From: Paraspadella gotoi
Lineage: Eukaryota; Animalia; Chaetognatha
Direction of reading: 5' to 3'
Assembly: GCA_051294375.1 (NCBI GenBank)
Contig: CM119263.1
Coordinates: 12,813,723 to 12,877,722, forward strand
DNA length: 64,000 bases
Shown here piece after piece: positions 34,501 to 45,353 of the stretch. The notes beneath the pieces are model-generated. The model saw nothing but the letters and a program-made list of their open reading frames with translations. It ran no database searches and was not told where the DNA came from. A program made the position numbers and the translations under genes. Each line of letters starts with the position of its first letter. Position 1 is the first letter of the stretch.

Positions 34501-35080
34501 CTCGGGCTTGGCAAGGTCTTCCTTGGGTAGGGATGAAATGCTTCACTCCATGTTTTGGTTCCTTGATTTCAAAAGTGGGCGTGGAGAGTGCGGGGAAACG
34601 ATCAAGGAGTTTGTAGTATTGGTTTTCAGATTGACCAGCAAAGTTGACGTGAGATGGAGGTTCCCCAAGCGATTTGGCACACGCAATTGTGGAATAGTCC
34701 TTTAAGTCTAATAAAATTCCATCGCGGTGGTTTGGCGCCAAAAAATACTCAGCTAAAAAATCGGCGCCCAGTATATTCTGAGTGACGTCAGCCACCAAGA
34801 TGTCAAAAGGAAAAACGCGTGGTCCTAATGTGATTCGCTTATGCACTGTTCCATAGCAAGCAATTGCGCTGCCATTGGCCGCCTGTAGTTGGGGGCCGCT
34901 TGGACCTGCTTCACGCTGGGCCGGCGTTGGAGGAGTGAGAGACAAAAGGGCGCCGCCATCCACAAGCCAAGGGCGACCATCGCTCGCGTCTACAACGTGC
35001 AGGAGGTAGGATTGGTTTGGCGAATTTCCGCTTCGGCGTGGAACGGCGTTCACCGTCGCCGTCCCGCCGTGGCGTTTCCC
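31463..35080 (-). CDS. pol: Pol polyprotein (protease, RT, RNase H, integrase), expressed by -1 frameshift
   Basis: WLVDGGA...ILGADFL (PR); SPWSSPL, DYRRLN, KIDL.KGYHQIP, PFGLKNA, YLDD (RT); TDAS, RELY, YTDH, N.VADALSR (RH); H...HPG...C..C, D..., TDRG.QF, AYHPESNGLVERFHR (IN). The true C-terminus is uncertain because of N gaps near 31587 and 32102-32180. Confidence 0.95.
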   Translation of the reverse strand, partial: GKRHGGTATVNAVPRRSGNSPNQSYLLHVVDASDGRPWLVDGGALLSLTPPTPAQREAGPSGPQLQAANGSAIACYGTVHKRITLGPRVFPFDILVADVTQNILGADFLAEYFLAPNHRDGILLDLKDYSTIACAKSLGEPPSHVNFAGQSENQYYKLLDRFPALSTPTFEIKEPKHGVKHFIPTQGRPCQARARRLSPEKLAIAKAELDRMVALGVAVRAKSPWSSPLHCVSKADGGWRVCGDYRRLNAQTIPDRYPVKLLADFNAQLAGKKIFSKIDLLKGYHQIPVAEEDVPKTAVITPFGLYVFLRTPFGLKNAGQDFQRLMDEILGELPRVYVYLDDILVASETEEQHLEDLEAVFGALEDNGLVVNRKKCILGQSSLEFLGYFVDSDGVRPLPQRVEALRQTTPPTTIKELQRFLGMINYYRRFIPRVAHHATPLYDSLQGKPKRLNWSPACQQGFEAVKEALANAVLLRHPRTGAQLSLTTDASDYAVGAVLEQRGEKGWEPLAFFSAKLSDSQRKWPPFDRELYGAFRAVRHFRHWLEGRSFTLYTDHMSLIHALHKKSEPQTARHTFQLSVIAEFTTDIRHVEGKANVVADALSRPNAPLPAVVASINKPLDSNKTEDLTRVAAAISHFNIDLQDLARQQPLDREFRQLMEDARTGLRFRRIKLGDQEMIVDVSNGPARPFVPEAWRRKIFDAIHGLGHPGVARTREAIAEKFVWPTMRADVTRWARDCIACQRAKVSRHTVPEIGEFTVPPRRFQHVHVDIVMMPHSNGFSYLLTAVDRLSRWPMAIPMKDITAATVADSFTHGWVASFGIPSDLTTDRGTQFSSTIWKQLAQTWNCKLHQTTAYHPESNGLVERFHRRLKESLIALGIGDPTNWFWRLPAALLAIRTTVKPDIGASPAQLVYGDGLAIPGAVLGPAHDAADEEAAQRRLRDELRLEVERLQPVPTSNHRTPRVHLXXXXATTSHVFIRRGGVSPPLTAXXXXPFKVVSRDNLNFQVELPGRGVQTIAIARIKPANVWADAPEDGAMAEEEAPPPPAPPRRRPGRRARSIPPSSIQTRSRTRLERVCTSNEENEPNGVNGVAKNDADAFPTTPTSGERENASIVAPASQMPRANPEMPPPQRDANAGTRPDYASVLKHLLVQQKEETEPNRXXXXHLLSSSPSVSSSGGDVGCDPGTLVTSNASATSATLADIKS
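31542..31550 (-). promoter_or_regulatory. Polypurine tract
   Basis: Minus strand TGGGGGGGA directly before the TG of the 3' LTR. Confidence 0.85.
35019..35080 (-). promoter_or_regulatory. -1 ribosomal frameshift signal: G GGA AAC + H-type pseudoknot
   Basis: Heptamer at 35080-35074 in gag phase; 8-nt spacer; stem 1 GGGACGGCG/CGCCGTTCC; loop GGTGAA pairs with downstream TTCGCC. Pol is in the -1 frame. Confidence 0.85.
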
Positions 35081-36198
35081 GCCGCATGGTCCTGCTTGGC
35101 GCGTTTTTCGCCGGCGCGGGAACAGCCTCTCTCGCATCGGTAGGCGGCGTCGCCGTATTTCTGATGGAATTTGCAGAGGCGCCTTGAACCGGAAGATGGG
35201 TTGGCGCTCGGAGCAGGGCGGCGCGGCATTGTGGCGTCAAAATTGTTTTGAGGGCGAGAATTGAAGTGGCGCCGGTTTTCTCGGCGTCCGTTTATGGCGT
35301 TGACAGTTCCACCTAATTCAGCATCACTGTCGTCGTCGCTATCTGTATCCACTCTCACGGCGTTGACCAGCGATGCCGTTGGAGCGTGGAGGGTTTTTCC
35401 ATCGGAGTCGAAATGGCGGTCCGCCAGCTCGGCAAACTGGGAGGAAGTGAGGCCTTCCGCTCTGTCGACAAGGTTGGCGCGGACTTCGGGAGGGAGACCG
35501 CGCATCACTAATTCTTTTCTTATGTCATCGATCGAGACAGTCATGGAACGGTCGACCAATCTGGCCAGATGTTGGGAAGGCTTCATGCCATCGCGTCCGA
35601 CGCGGCCATCGAGGAGGGTCGCTGCTTGGCGACGCGCTGATAAGCCGTACTCAGCGCGGAGGTAAGTGAGGAAGGCTGTCNNNNNNNNNNCCGTCGCTTC
35701 CCCATATAGATAGGCGTTTATTTTGGGATTGACGTCGACTGCAATTTTTGATTCAATGAATGCAAATTTGTCCTTTGCCGTTGTGACCTTGGCGCGGATG
35801 TAGGCGGATTCAACACGTCGAATCCAGATTTCTATGTTCTCCTTGTCGAAAGGTGGGAGCTCAGGCTTTTTTGGACGGTCGCTGCGCGAGAGCGCCTCCT
35901 GGGCGGCCTTGGTTGCCGCCATCGCGGCGTCGAGGGCGGCGCGGAGGGCGTCGACTTCACCTTGGGTCGGAGGGGCCTCAGCCATTGTCGTCCCGGCGTC
36001 CTCCGAAGGCTCGGTCACCAAGGGAGGAAAAGGAAAAACTGTGGAGGTCCTTGGGCGTGGAGACGTTTGACGGGAGCCTGGGCGAGGTGCTTCAACCTCT
36101 TCACACTGGCGTGGCGAAGGGGAGCGGCCGCGACCGAAAGAGCTGTGCGGAGGTTCAATGAGGAGCTTCGCCGATTTCTGACTGCGAGTCTCAGGCAT
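35050..36198 (-). CDS. gag: Gag with CHCC zinc knuckle
   Basis: LPPFD..NI.IW..RVE..Y; KPSQHL; LP.EVR..L; CKFHQKYGDAAYRCERGC. The start may be the later ATG (MAEAPP). Confidence 0.92.
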   Translation of the reverse strand: MPETRSQKSAKLLIEPPHSSFGRGRSPSPRQCEEVEAPRPGSRQTSPRPRTSTVFPFPPLVTEPSEDAGTTMAEAPPTQGEVDALRAALDAAMAATKAAQEALSRSDRPKKPELPPFDKENIEIWIRRVESAYIRAKVTTAKDKFAFIESKIAVDVNPKINAYLYGEATXXXXTAFLTYLRAEYGLSARRQAATLLDGRVGRDGMKPSQHLARLVDRSMTVSIDDIRKELVMRGLPPEVRANLVDRAEGLTSSQFAELADRHFDSDGKTLHAPTASLVNAVRVDTDSDDDSDAELGGTVNAINGRRENRRHFNSRPQNNFDATMPRRPAPSANPSSGSRRLCKFHQKYGDAAYRCERGCSRAGEKRAKQDHAAGNATAGRRR

Positions 36199-36281
36199 GG
36201 AAAACTTTGGTGGGCGTTGAGCAGGGCTGTAGGGGATCAGAAGGTTGGAGAGCGCCTTCGGTAGGGCTTTGAGGCGCTAAA

Positions 36282-36301
36282 TTCGTCGTCGAGGATCACC
36301 A
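36282..36301 (-). promoter_or_regulatory. Primer-binding site, tRNA-Trp-like
   Basis: TGGTGATCCTCGACG one base after the 5' LTR; resembles the tRNA-Trp PBS TGGTGACCCCGACG used by this clade. Confidence 0.75.
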
Positions 36302-36302
36302 A

Positions 36303-36791
36303 TGTGGCGACCAACTGGATCCGCGTAATTCGAAGATGCGGGATCGGCGTCGAGGTCGCCAACTTCTTCTTGAAGGCCGTCTTGATGTCGAGAGCGTTGA
36401 GGGATGCTTCTTTTAAGCTTCGTAAAAACAGTCTTGAACAAAGTCTTATTTTGTTTGGCGTTAAAAGGAGAACCTTACAATTAACATAATGTAAAGCAAG
36501 AATTAAATTAAGTATAATAACGATAAAAATTGATGGCTGAAGTTTAAAGTAAGAGAGAGAAAAATAGTGAATGATTTTCACACAACAAGATAATACAAAG
36601 CAGATATTGCTGCTGAACTAGTAGAGGTAGTTAAACGTTGATAAGGTTCTTTTGTTTGATATATATTTTATTATATATGAGACGAGTTAAAATATAAGAG
36701 TTCTTTGTTCATGATTTAATATCAGCCAAAGTGGCGCTTGTGGCTGATGCGTTACCCTCGGTGACGAGGGTCCGGCGATCGGCATCCCACA
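36303..36791 (-). repeat. 5' LTR
   Basis: TGTGGCG...ATCCCACA, followed on the + strand by AGCT. Confidence 0.97.
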
Positions 36792-38354
36792 AGCTCAAAA
36801 CTAGAAAAATACGTGGACGATTTCTCAATAAAATTTCAAAACTAATAAAAAATAATCGATTGTCACTTGTTTTTTGTTTTATTCTCCATGTATTTTTCGT
36901 TTCGTATTTATTTTTTTCAGTAACTTTTATGGCAATGCGACAAATTTTTTTCCTTATTTTTTCGAAAAAAAATTCGTTGTTTGTAGCCGAAACACAAGTA
37001 AACAAAGCCAAAACAACGGCCACATAACATTACTCAGATATATTCAAAAATTAATGAAATAATGAAATAGAGAAAGGGTGTTTTAAACCAAATGATATCC
37101 AAATTTTTACAACGTACCACAATATATATGTTTAAATTCATAGTGAGGTAACCTTTTTCTAACAAACAAAAATAATAGAACATTAGAAGAAAAGAAGAAA
37201 GAAAGAGAGAAATGATTAAATAAAAAACCGAACCGTTTTTGAAGATTTTCATCTTCGAAATATATTCCTAGATTTTTCACATCTGAGGTTTTCAATGTTT
37301 TTTTGATGGAGGTAATCTTGGGAAAAAAAAACTTTTTCTTAGTATTTAAGCCTTTAATCTCTTTTTATCTTTTTAATGCTTTTCAGATTAAAGCGCCGCC
37401 CACGATTCCTAAGTTCCGGATAAAAGCGAGAAGGAAAATATTTGAGCTTTTATGTCAAGACTCAAGGACTTGAGAATAAACGTACCAAAGAGCAGAGTAG
37501 CTTGGAGAAAAATATGAGAACGGCTGAATGTGAAACATTTATTTCAAGCCTTTAAATTTAAAAAAAAAAGCAGAAAAAAAAATTGATGCTTTCCTTTTCT
37601 ATTCATCAGATATAACGTGGATACGATCTGATATAACCTGGTTATCGCTGTCAAAATGGTAAGAAAATTTACGTCAATACTTTGATATCTTACTCTTTTA
37701 TAGAAAGGCAAAGGGGTAATGCCAAATTTGTCCTTCGAAAACTGAAACACATAATTGTTGAAGCATATGTCATGTTGCCGCACTTTTTCACCATTTCAAT
37801 TAATTACATCAGTAACAATGACAACCTTACGGCCAGGAAGAAATGCGCGAGCATATTGACAAATGTCAGGCGTCATTATGAGAACAAGATGACGCATAAA
37901 AACTGGGAATTGATGTTAATCAAGACTCAGAATCGGAACGCATCCAGATAAATCCCGATTCCGAAGCAAAAAGGAGGGAAAATGACTTGCTCATCATTTT
38001 TAAGCGAAAAGACATTTATTAGAGCAGGCCACTCGCTCTCAATGTCAAGTACCCCTGCTTTGAAGACAAGGAAAAACACAATTTTCTAAACAATTTGTAT
38101 TTTACTCAAATGAAATGTGTTACAAAATAAATTGAATAATAAAAAATAAATCAATGAATTAAAAAAAAATAGACATACTACACAGAACTTGATGGCGGCT
38201 TTAGGCACCATTTTCGGGCCTTCAAAAGCTACTTCACTAAAGACATAACTATTGCTTAACTGAACCAACAACAAATTTTTATATCTTAATGGGGTAAAAA
38301 CGACCTGGAACGAATGAACACTCTTCATGGTATCTTTAAAGCTCACAGTTAATG

Positions 38355-38395
<41 letters not shown>

Positions 38396-41300
38396 AAAAA
38401 TGTAATAAAACATGTTAATGCTACTTGAGCCAAAACGCGTCGACGTCGTCAGAGGGAAAAATAAACAAAAGAAGAAGACGAAAACGCGACGACGCGTCGA
38501 TGACCGAGTTTGACAAATTAGGGTGTAAAGCGTTACAGCGCGTGCGAGGGACAGAGACATTCGCAAAGAGCGAGTTACAGTGGAAGTGGAAATGCGGCAA
38601 TTGGGAAATAGCAGTTGGGAAGTGTCGATTGGCCATTGACAATTACGGATGGGAACTCGAGCGTTGAAAGAAGAGGGAAATGTTATCTCGATCGCCGGAA
38701 AAGGAAAGAAAGAATTCAGAAAAATATTTCTACAAAGCGAAGAATTTTGATCAGAAGAAAAAAAATCACAAATAATTTCAAAGACGGGGGAAAAAAAATA
38801 AGCCGGAGTTTGACTTGAAGATTACGAGAAAAGCAAAGAGATTTAAAGAACGGAAAAAATGGCGTCGATGACGGAGTTAAAGAACTCAGGATTGGTGATC
38901 GAAAAAATGGAAACACCACTCAGAGGGTCGTCAGCGAACAAGAGGGAACGAAAACGAGAGAGAGAGAAAGAAAAAAAAACGTAAAGAAAAATACGCCAAG
39001 AGAGGGGCTTTCAGAAAACCCTTTCCAATTTTATATAAACAGTTTAAAAAAAAATAATTTCGAGAAGTGAGTGAATGAAAAAGTGGGACGAGCCGCCCGA
39101 AGATTACGAGAAACGCCATGGGATTTGTAACGTATTTTTTAAAGATTATTGGAACGAAAAATTGGCTGGAAGAGGAGAGAAAACGAAAACAGTTTTTCTT
39201 GAAAATTTCGTTGAAGCAAAGAAAAATCGAGAGCGGTTTTTCAATCAAAAATATATTTTTGCTCCTGAAAAGGAATATTTATAATAATATTAAAAATTAG
39301 TATGAAAATGGAAGTATTAACTTGTCATATAGATTTTTTAAGGGTTGCTGATTAGGAGTAACACTTTCCTTCAGGATCGATAACCCTCCGCTTAAATCTT
39401 AAAAGTTAAAAGGTGGGGACTGAAAGGGAGAGAAAAATGGAGCGGGTTAGTTAAAATCACAAGTTTCATCGTGAATAGGCATTCTCTATATACTCGTGAT
39501 GTACAGTTAAATATAGAAAAAAATTGCATAAAGCTACACTACAACCAGGCGATTTTTTTACGAAGAAGAAGACAGACGAAAATAGAGACGAATTCGTGAC
39601 AACCGATGAAGACGTGAAGAGGTCTGAGGCGTGAAAAACGACGGCCGTAGGGAGTGATCGTGAAAAGTTGGAGCGAGTGAAAGAGTTCGACTCTCGCGAT
39701 GGAAGAAAAAAGTCCGAATATTTGGAGGCGAAAAAATACTTCGTCTCCGCCGCAGGACCTGCCTCGCGTTAAAAAGAAAACGACCCAAAAATTTACATTT
39801 CAAAAACCTAAATTTTTTAAAATATAAATCTCGCCATAATCTAAAAAAAAAAAACTAAAGAGAAATGACGGAAAAAATGAAACATTGACGAAGGCCGATT
39901 AAAAAAAGATTGGGTGCCGCGGAATTTTTCGACTGGGTCTAGCAGCTCCGCAGTCCGCAGGCAGGACTAATCCCACCTGGATGTGCGGGGGAGAGTTTTA
40001 ATAGCGGAGTCAGGGCAGAACCTGGGATTAAACTTTGGATGTCCCCCCGTTCTGAACCGCGGGAAAATGGAGGCCCGGGCAAAAGGAGGAGGATTCCATC
40101 CTTCGGGATAAGGGCGGAAGTTTGAACTCGCAACAAAATTGGGATTAAGTCGCAGAATTTCGTCGCGAGTTGGCCGAGGCTGTGGGAGAAAAGAGTCGGT
40201 AGGAGATGAGAGGGGAGAGAGAGAGAGAGAGAGCGGCCGATGGGATGATAGAACTTGAAGAAGGGCGAAGTTTAAGTCACCCAATGGGGGGGGAGGCGAT
40301 AAACTCTGGGATGGGAGAAGAAGAGAAAATGGACAAGAATTAGTGTGGCCATTAAAGATTATTTTTTTTAGGAAAAGTTTAAAAATACAGAGAGGTCTTC
40401 CAAAAGGAATGAGAATGAATACATTTGAGCAAAGAGAAGAATGGTTATGTTTTCAATTTAATTTCATAACTTTATTTTTTTTTTTAACCAAATGACGTCG
40501 ATGACCAAAAAAAGAGAAAGGTTTCGGCCCGAGAATTTACTCAGAAAGGGAGGAAGGGGAAGAAAGTGATTTGGAGCAAAAGCGGAAAAAGGTTTAAAAC
40601 ATAATATTTGAAGGGAGAAAAGCAAGGGAGCCAAACGTTAAATGAAAAAAAAATACATCTCTACAATTGCAACGAAAATTAATCCGAACCAAAAAAAAGA
40701 AGGAGAAATTCATAAAGTTTCAGTATAAAAAAAAATTGATCAGTTAAAAGTAATAAATAACAGATTCTTAAAACGAAATAAACTTTTACTTTAACCGAAA
40801 CTAATTCAAACAAAACAGAAAAAGAATAAAATTAACTTTTGTGAAAAAAAAAGCAATTGATACGAAAAGTGGAAAACCTCTCAGCGCGAGTTTAAACGTT
40901 TTTGTTCTGGGATTTTTACTGGAGCCGTTGGCTTTAAAATACAAAAAGGGGAAAGAAGGAAGGGGAGGGGGAGACTAGAGAGTGAGGCGGAGGAAAGAAG
41001 AGAAAATAAAGGGAATGACGGAATACTGAGGGGGCGACTTGGAAGGCGGAAATAGGGAAAGAAGGATTACGAAGCGGACAAAGGATCAAGGGTAAGAGGG
41101 TAGGGCCAAATAAGGGCTGAGAAAGGTAAGAGAGTTTTAAGGGAAGTTTAGACCCGCCGTGTGAATAAGCCGTTTTTCGTGTTTTCCCATCTTTTATTCG
41201 CCGTGTTTCTCTCTCTCTCTCTTTCTCTTTCTCTCTCTCTCTCTCTCTCTGTCTCTCGTCATCCTTCATACTCTCTCGTCCTCTCTCTCTCTCTCCTCTC

Positions 41301-44300
41301 GAATCATCATCTCACCTCCCTGCTCTCTCGCTCGTGTCTCTCCCCCTCTCGCTCTCTGCTTCTCTCTGTCTCACTTCCTCTCGTCTCTTTTCAGCACCGA
41401 ATTTTCCTTTTAAAACTCGTAATTTTTATCGATGCCTTTCAACTTCAAGACGCTTTGACGCTTTCAAGGATCCAGGCCGTCGTCCACGTCAGCGCTATGG
41501 TCGTCAACGTCGTCGTCGATATCGTCGTCGCTATCGTCGTCCATATCGTCGTCGCTATCGTCGTCCATATCGTCTCTGATCACGTCCCTCAATGATTGTT
41601 CCACTTTTTTCGATATTTTGTTGTTGTTGCTGTATATGTATTGATATAGACGTTTAATTATTCCTGCTTTTGTAATGGTTATCGGAAAATAACTCTTTGT
41701 TTGTGTTTAATCAGGAATAAAACTTTTTTTGGACAACGACCACAATCAAGACGACGACAACAAATACGACGACGGCAGCGCTTTTNNNNNNNNNNNNNNN
41801 NNNNNNNNNNNNNNNNNNNNNNNNNNNNNNNNNNNNNNNNNNNNNNNNNNNNNNNNNNNNNNNNNNNNNNNNNNNNNNNNNNNNNNNNNNNNNNNNNNNN
41901 NNNNNNNNNNNNNNNNNNNNNNNNNNNNNNNNNNNNNNNNNNNNNNNNNNNNNNNNNNNNNNNNNNNNNNNNNNNNNNNNNNNNNNNNNNNNNNNNNNNN
42001 NNNNNNNNNNNNNNNNNNNNNNNNNNNNNNNNNNNNNNNNNNNNNNNNNNNNNNNNNNNNNNNNNNNNNNNNNNNNNNNNNNNNNNNNNNNNNNNNNNNN
42101 NNNNNNNNNNNNNNNNNNNNNNNNNNNNNNNNNNNNNNNNNNNNNNNNNNNNNNNNNNNNNNNNNNNNNNNNNNNNNNNNNNNNTCCATTAAAAAAACTG
42201 TTGATACTAAAAGTTTTTGTTTGGGGCGTCGGGGTTAATGGCCAAACGCGGCGCGGGACGGCAAAAGCCAAAAAAAANNNNNNNNNNNNNNNNNNNNNNN
42301 NNNNNNNNNNNNNNNNNNNNNNNNNNNNNNNNNNNNNNNNNNNNNNNNNNNNNNNNNNNNNNNNNNNNNNNNNNNNNNNNNNNNNNNNNNNNNNNNNNNN
42401 NNNNNNNNNNNNNNNNNNNNNNNNNNNNNNNNNNNNNNNNNNNGAGAGAGAGAGAGCAGTTAGAATTGCTTCTGATGGAATTTGCAAAGAGAAAAGTCGC
42501 CAAAATAAAGAGAAACGATTGTGGAGAAGAAGAATGAGGAGTTGAAAGGAAGAAAGAGAAAAAAAAAGAAGGTATGAAGGAGGAAAAAGAAAAAGGTAGA
42601 AAATAAAAAAGAAAGAAGAGGTTGAAAAAAAAAGAGAGAAAATAAATGTTTCGTTGAAGTGAAAAGCGAAGGGAAGTTGAAAGGGAAAGCACTTAAACTC
42701 CTACGCAGAAAGGTAATGATAGAGAAGACAAATTAGCTTCAATCCCGAAGAGCAATAAACATTTCTTTAAGCTTCAATGATTTCGTCGATTTAATTTTTT
42801 TCGATAAAATTTATTGTAATAATTGATCCTATTGTAGAGTTATATTAAGTAAATCTTTTTTCAACATTGCGATATATGGAAATCAAAGTATCTTACTGAC
42901 TTAGAGAATTAAAGAATTAACTGAATATAAAAGGATCAGAGGAGGACTGGGTATCGAAATATAGGCATTATGTAGATTTACAGAAAGCTGTTGATTTTAA
43001 TGCTGTTAATGACAAGAACGTCATTATCTTTCTAGCGACTGTTCAGTGTCCGCGATTGATCCTTAATTGTTGAATTTTATAAAATTATCTTTTTATTTTT
43101 AGTGCTATTAGTGCAATTAGTCTTGCTCAATGCTCATTTATCGTTTGAATGTCAAATTGTATCGTTTATTGTTTTATCATTTTACCTTTTTATCGTCTTA
43201 ACTGTCAAATTGTTTCTTTTATTTAAGAAAAAAAAAATTTATCGCTCAATATTTGAAAAAAAAACAAACCAAATGATTGAAAAAAACAAAATAAAATAAA
43301 AATTTATAGCGAAAATATACTAAAACGAGTTTAACTTCAATTTCCATCCATAATCGTCATTCATCATCAGTTAATATAATCATCGTAGTCATCATATTAG
43401 GACTTATTATAATAATAACATGGATGATGTCCTTCCTTCTGCAGTTCAACGAACTCCTTGACAAAAAAAAAAAGTCCAAACTTTGTCCATGAATCACAAG
43501 GGTCGAAAATGGCGGAGATTTTCTCCGTCTCTCGTTCTCTCTCGCGCGATTTCCCGAAACAAATGGGCAAAAGACGAAAGCGAAAACGAGAGAGACAGAA
43601 CTAGAGAAGAAGACAAAGCAGGAAAAAGAGCAAACCAGGCAAAAAAACAAAACAAGAAAAACAAAAGGGGAAAGGCGGGAGAGGCGGGAGAGGGCGGGAA
43701 GTCGGAAGGCGACTGACACAAGAGACGCTCATAAATCGCGGGCGTCAATAAACGCGAATCTCGGCAACCAAAAAAAAAAAAAAAAAACGCGCGGGGGGGA
43801 AAAATCGGTTTTCGGTCGCGGAAAGAAAAAAAAACGTCTCTCCCGGTACAGGCGGATCGCGTTTGTCAATCCGGGAATGAAGCCCAAGAGTACAGTCGCG
43901 GCGCGCTTTTTTTTGCAAATGGCGACGGGTTAACTTTAAATAAAAAGTCGATTACGGCGATAATCAGTCAAAGTTACATTTTTGTTTTTTCGTATGTTGG
44001 TTTTCAGATTAAATATTTAGCGTATATCTATGTATTATATTTAAATACATATATTTATAGTTATATAGTTTTATACTTAAAATAACCATATCGAGATAGA
44101 CCTGTATCTAACCCGGAATAATAAAAACTTATATAAAGTATTTGGATTTGTACAATATTTTTTTTTTAGTCTGTAGCATCGCGAGGGCGTTTTATTAACG
44201 TTCTACTCTTGGCTGAAGGATTTAAAAAGTAAGGTCAGACTGGGAATTTGGTTAAATCCCAATTGTCTTCGTCCCCATTACGAACTCAAAACTCTTTTGA

Positions 44301-45303
44301 CCACTGGTTTGTTCTGTCGCGATTTTTTTTATTTCTCAAATTTCTATTCTTTTTTTTACTCATATCTTTTTATTCTAAAGTGAAAGAAGCGAACGCGAGA
44401 CGGCAGCACCGTTCATTTGAACTTTGATATCCGCGATGAACAAAAAGCAATGCGACAAAAAAAAAAGGGAAATAAAAGCGGATTTGGTTTCTTTCGGTCG
44501 AGTAAAAATATGTGATTGGGATTGAGGAGAGAAAAGTCGGATGGTGGGGAAGGAGTAAGAGTTGACAATTTTCTCGGATGGAAGCTGTGATGGTTGGTAA
44601 AGGTTTATGAGTTAAAATAAAGAGAAATTTGGAAGGCGAGATGACGGAAAAAAAAGTGGGTGGAAGAGAAACCCAAATAATATTACAATTGAGGAAATAA
44701 TAAACGTCTGGCCAGGCGGAGGGATGAAATGGGAATCCGAGCCAAGAAGGGGGGAACAAACGTGGTAGAATTGTGGGGTGTGGACCGTGGACTGCAGAGG
44801 TTGGCCAAGCGTCGTTCCATTCGACATAGTGACTTTATGACCATTCGACATTAGACCAGGCGAGAAGAAATCGAGAGCGATGGAAATAGAGATTTGGAAA
44901 TTGGAAGAAAAAGTCCAAAGGAGAAAGAAATCAAGACTGAGGTCGGACAAAGGTTGGAAATATGACGGAGAGGCAACTGAAAAAAAAAATGGTTTGAAAT
45001 ATAAACCCCGATATTTTGCTTCGGTGTTAACACTTCGTTCAAGATCTAGACTTAAATAAAACCCAGATAACAAATGACCGGCAGAAAAAAACTTATTCCG
45101 AACTCTGGAAAATAGCTCGAGTGAGAAGAAAAAAAAAATGGGGAAAAGAAGTCGAGAAATTAATTAGCGGAGAAACAAAGACTTTGATGATAAACGAGCG
45201 AATTTGTAAACAAAAGTGGAAATGGACGAAAAAGATTTTTTTGCCAAATGGAGATTGGAAAGAAGCGGGAGTTAAGCTGAGTTGAAGTGAGAGAGAGAGA
45301 GAG

Positions 45304-45353
<50 letters not shown>

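Larger units (their letters stand above)
31060..36791 (-). mobile_element. Ty3/Gypsy LTR retrotransposon, CsRn1/Kabuki/Boudicca clade
   Basis: TG...CA LTRs at 31060-31541 and 36303-36791, PBS, PPT, gag with Cx2Hx9Cx3C (CHCC), and pol order PR-RT-RH-IN. Confidence 0.97.

Noticed and set aside
31441-36581. Many antisense and alternate-frame ORFs inside the Gypsy element
   Set aside because: Shadow ORFs of GC-rich gag/pol and LTR sequence; no env-like features.
40070-40095. CCCGGGCAAAAGGAGGAGG resembling a twister 3' half
   Set aside because: No matching P4 loop, UAA or P2 upstream.
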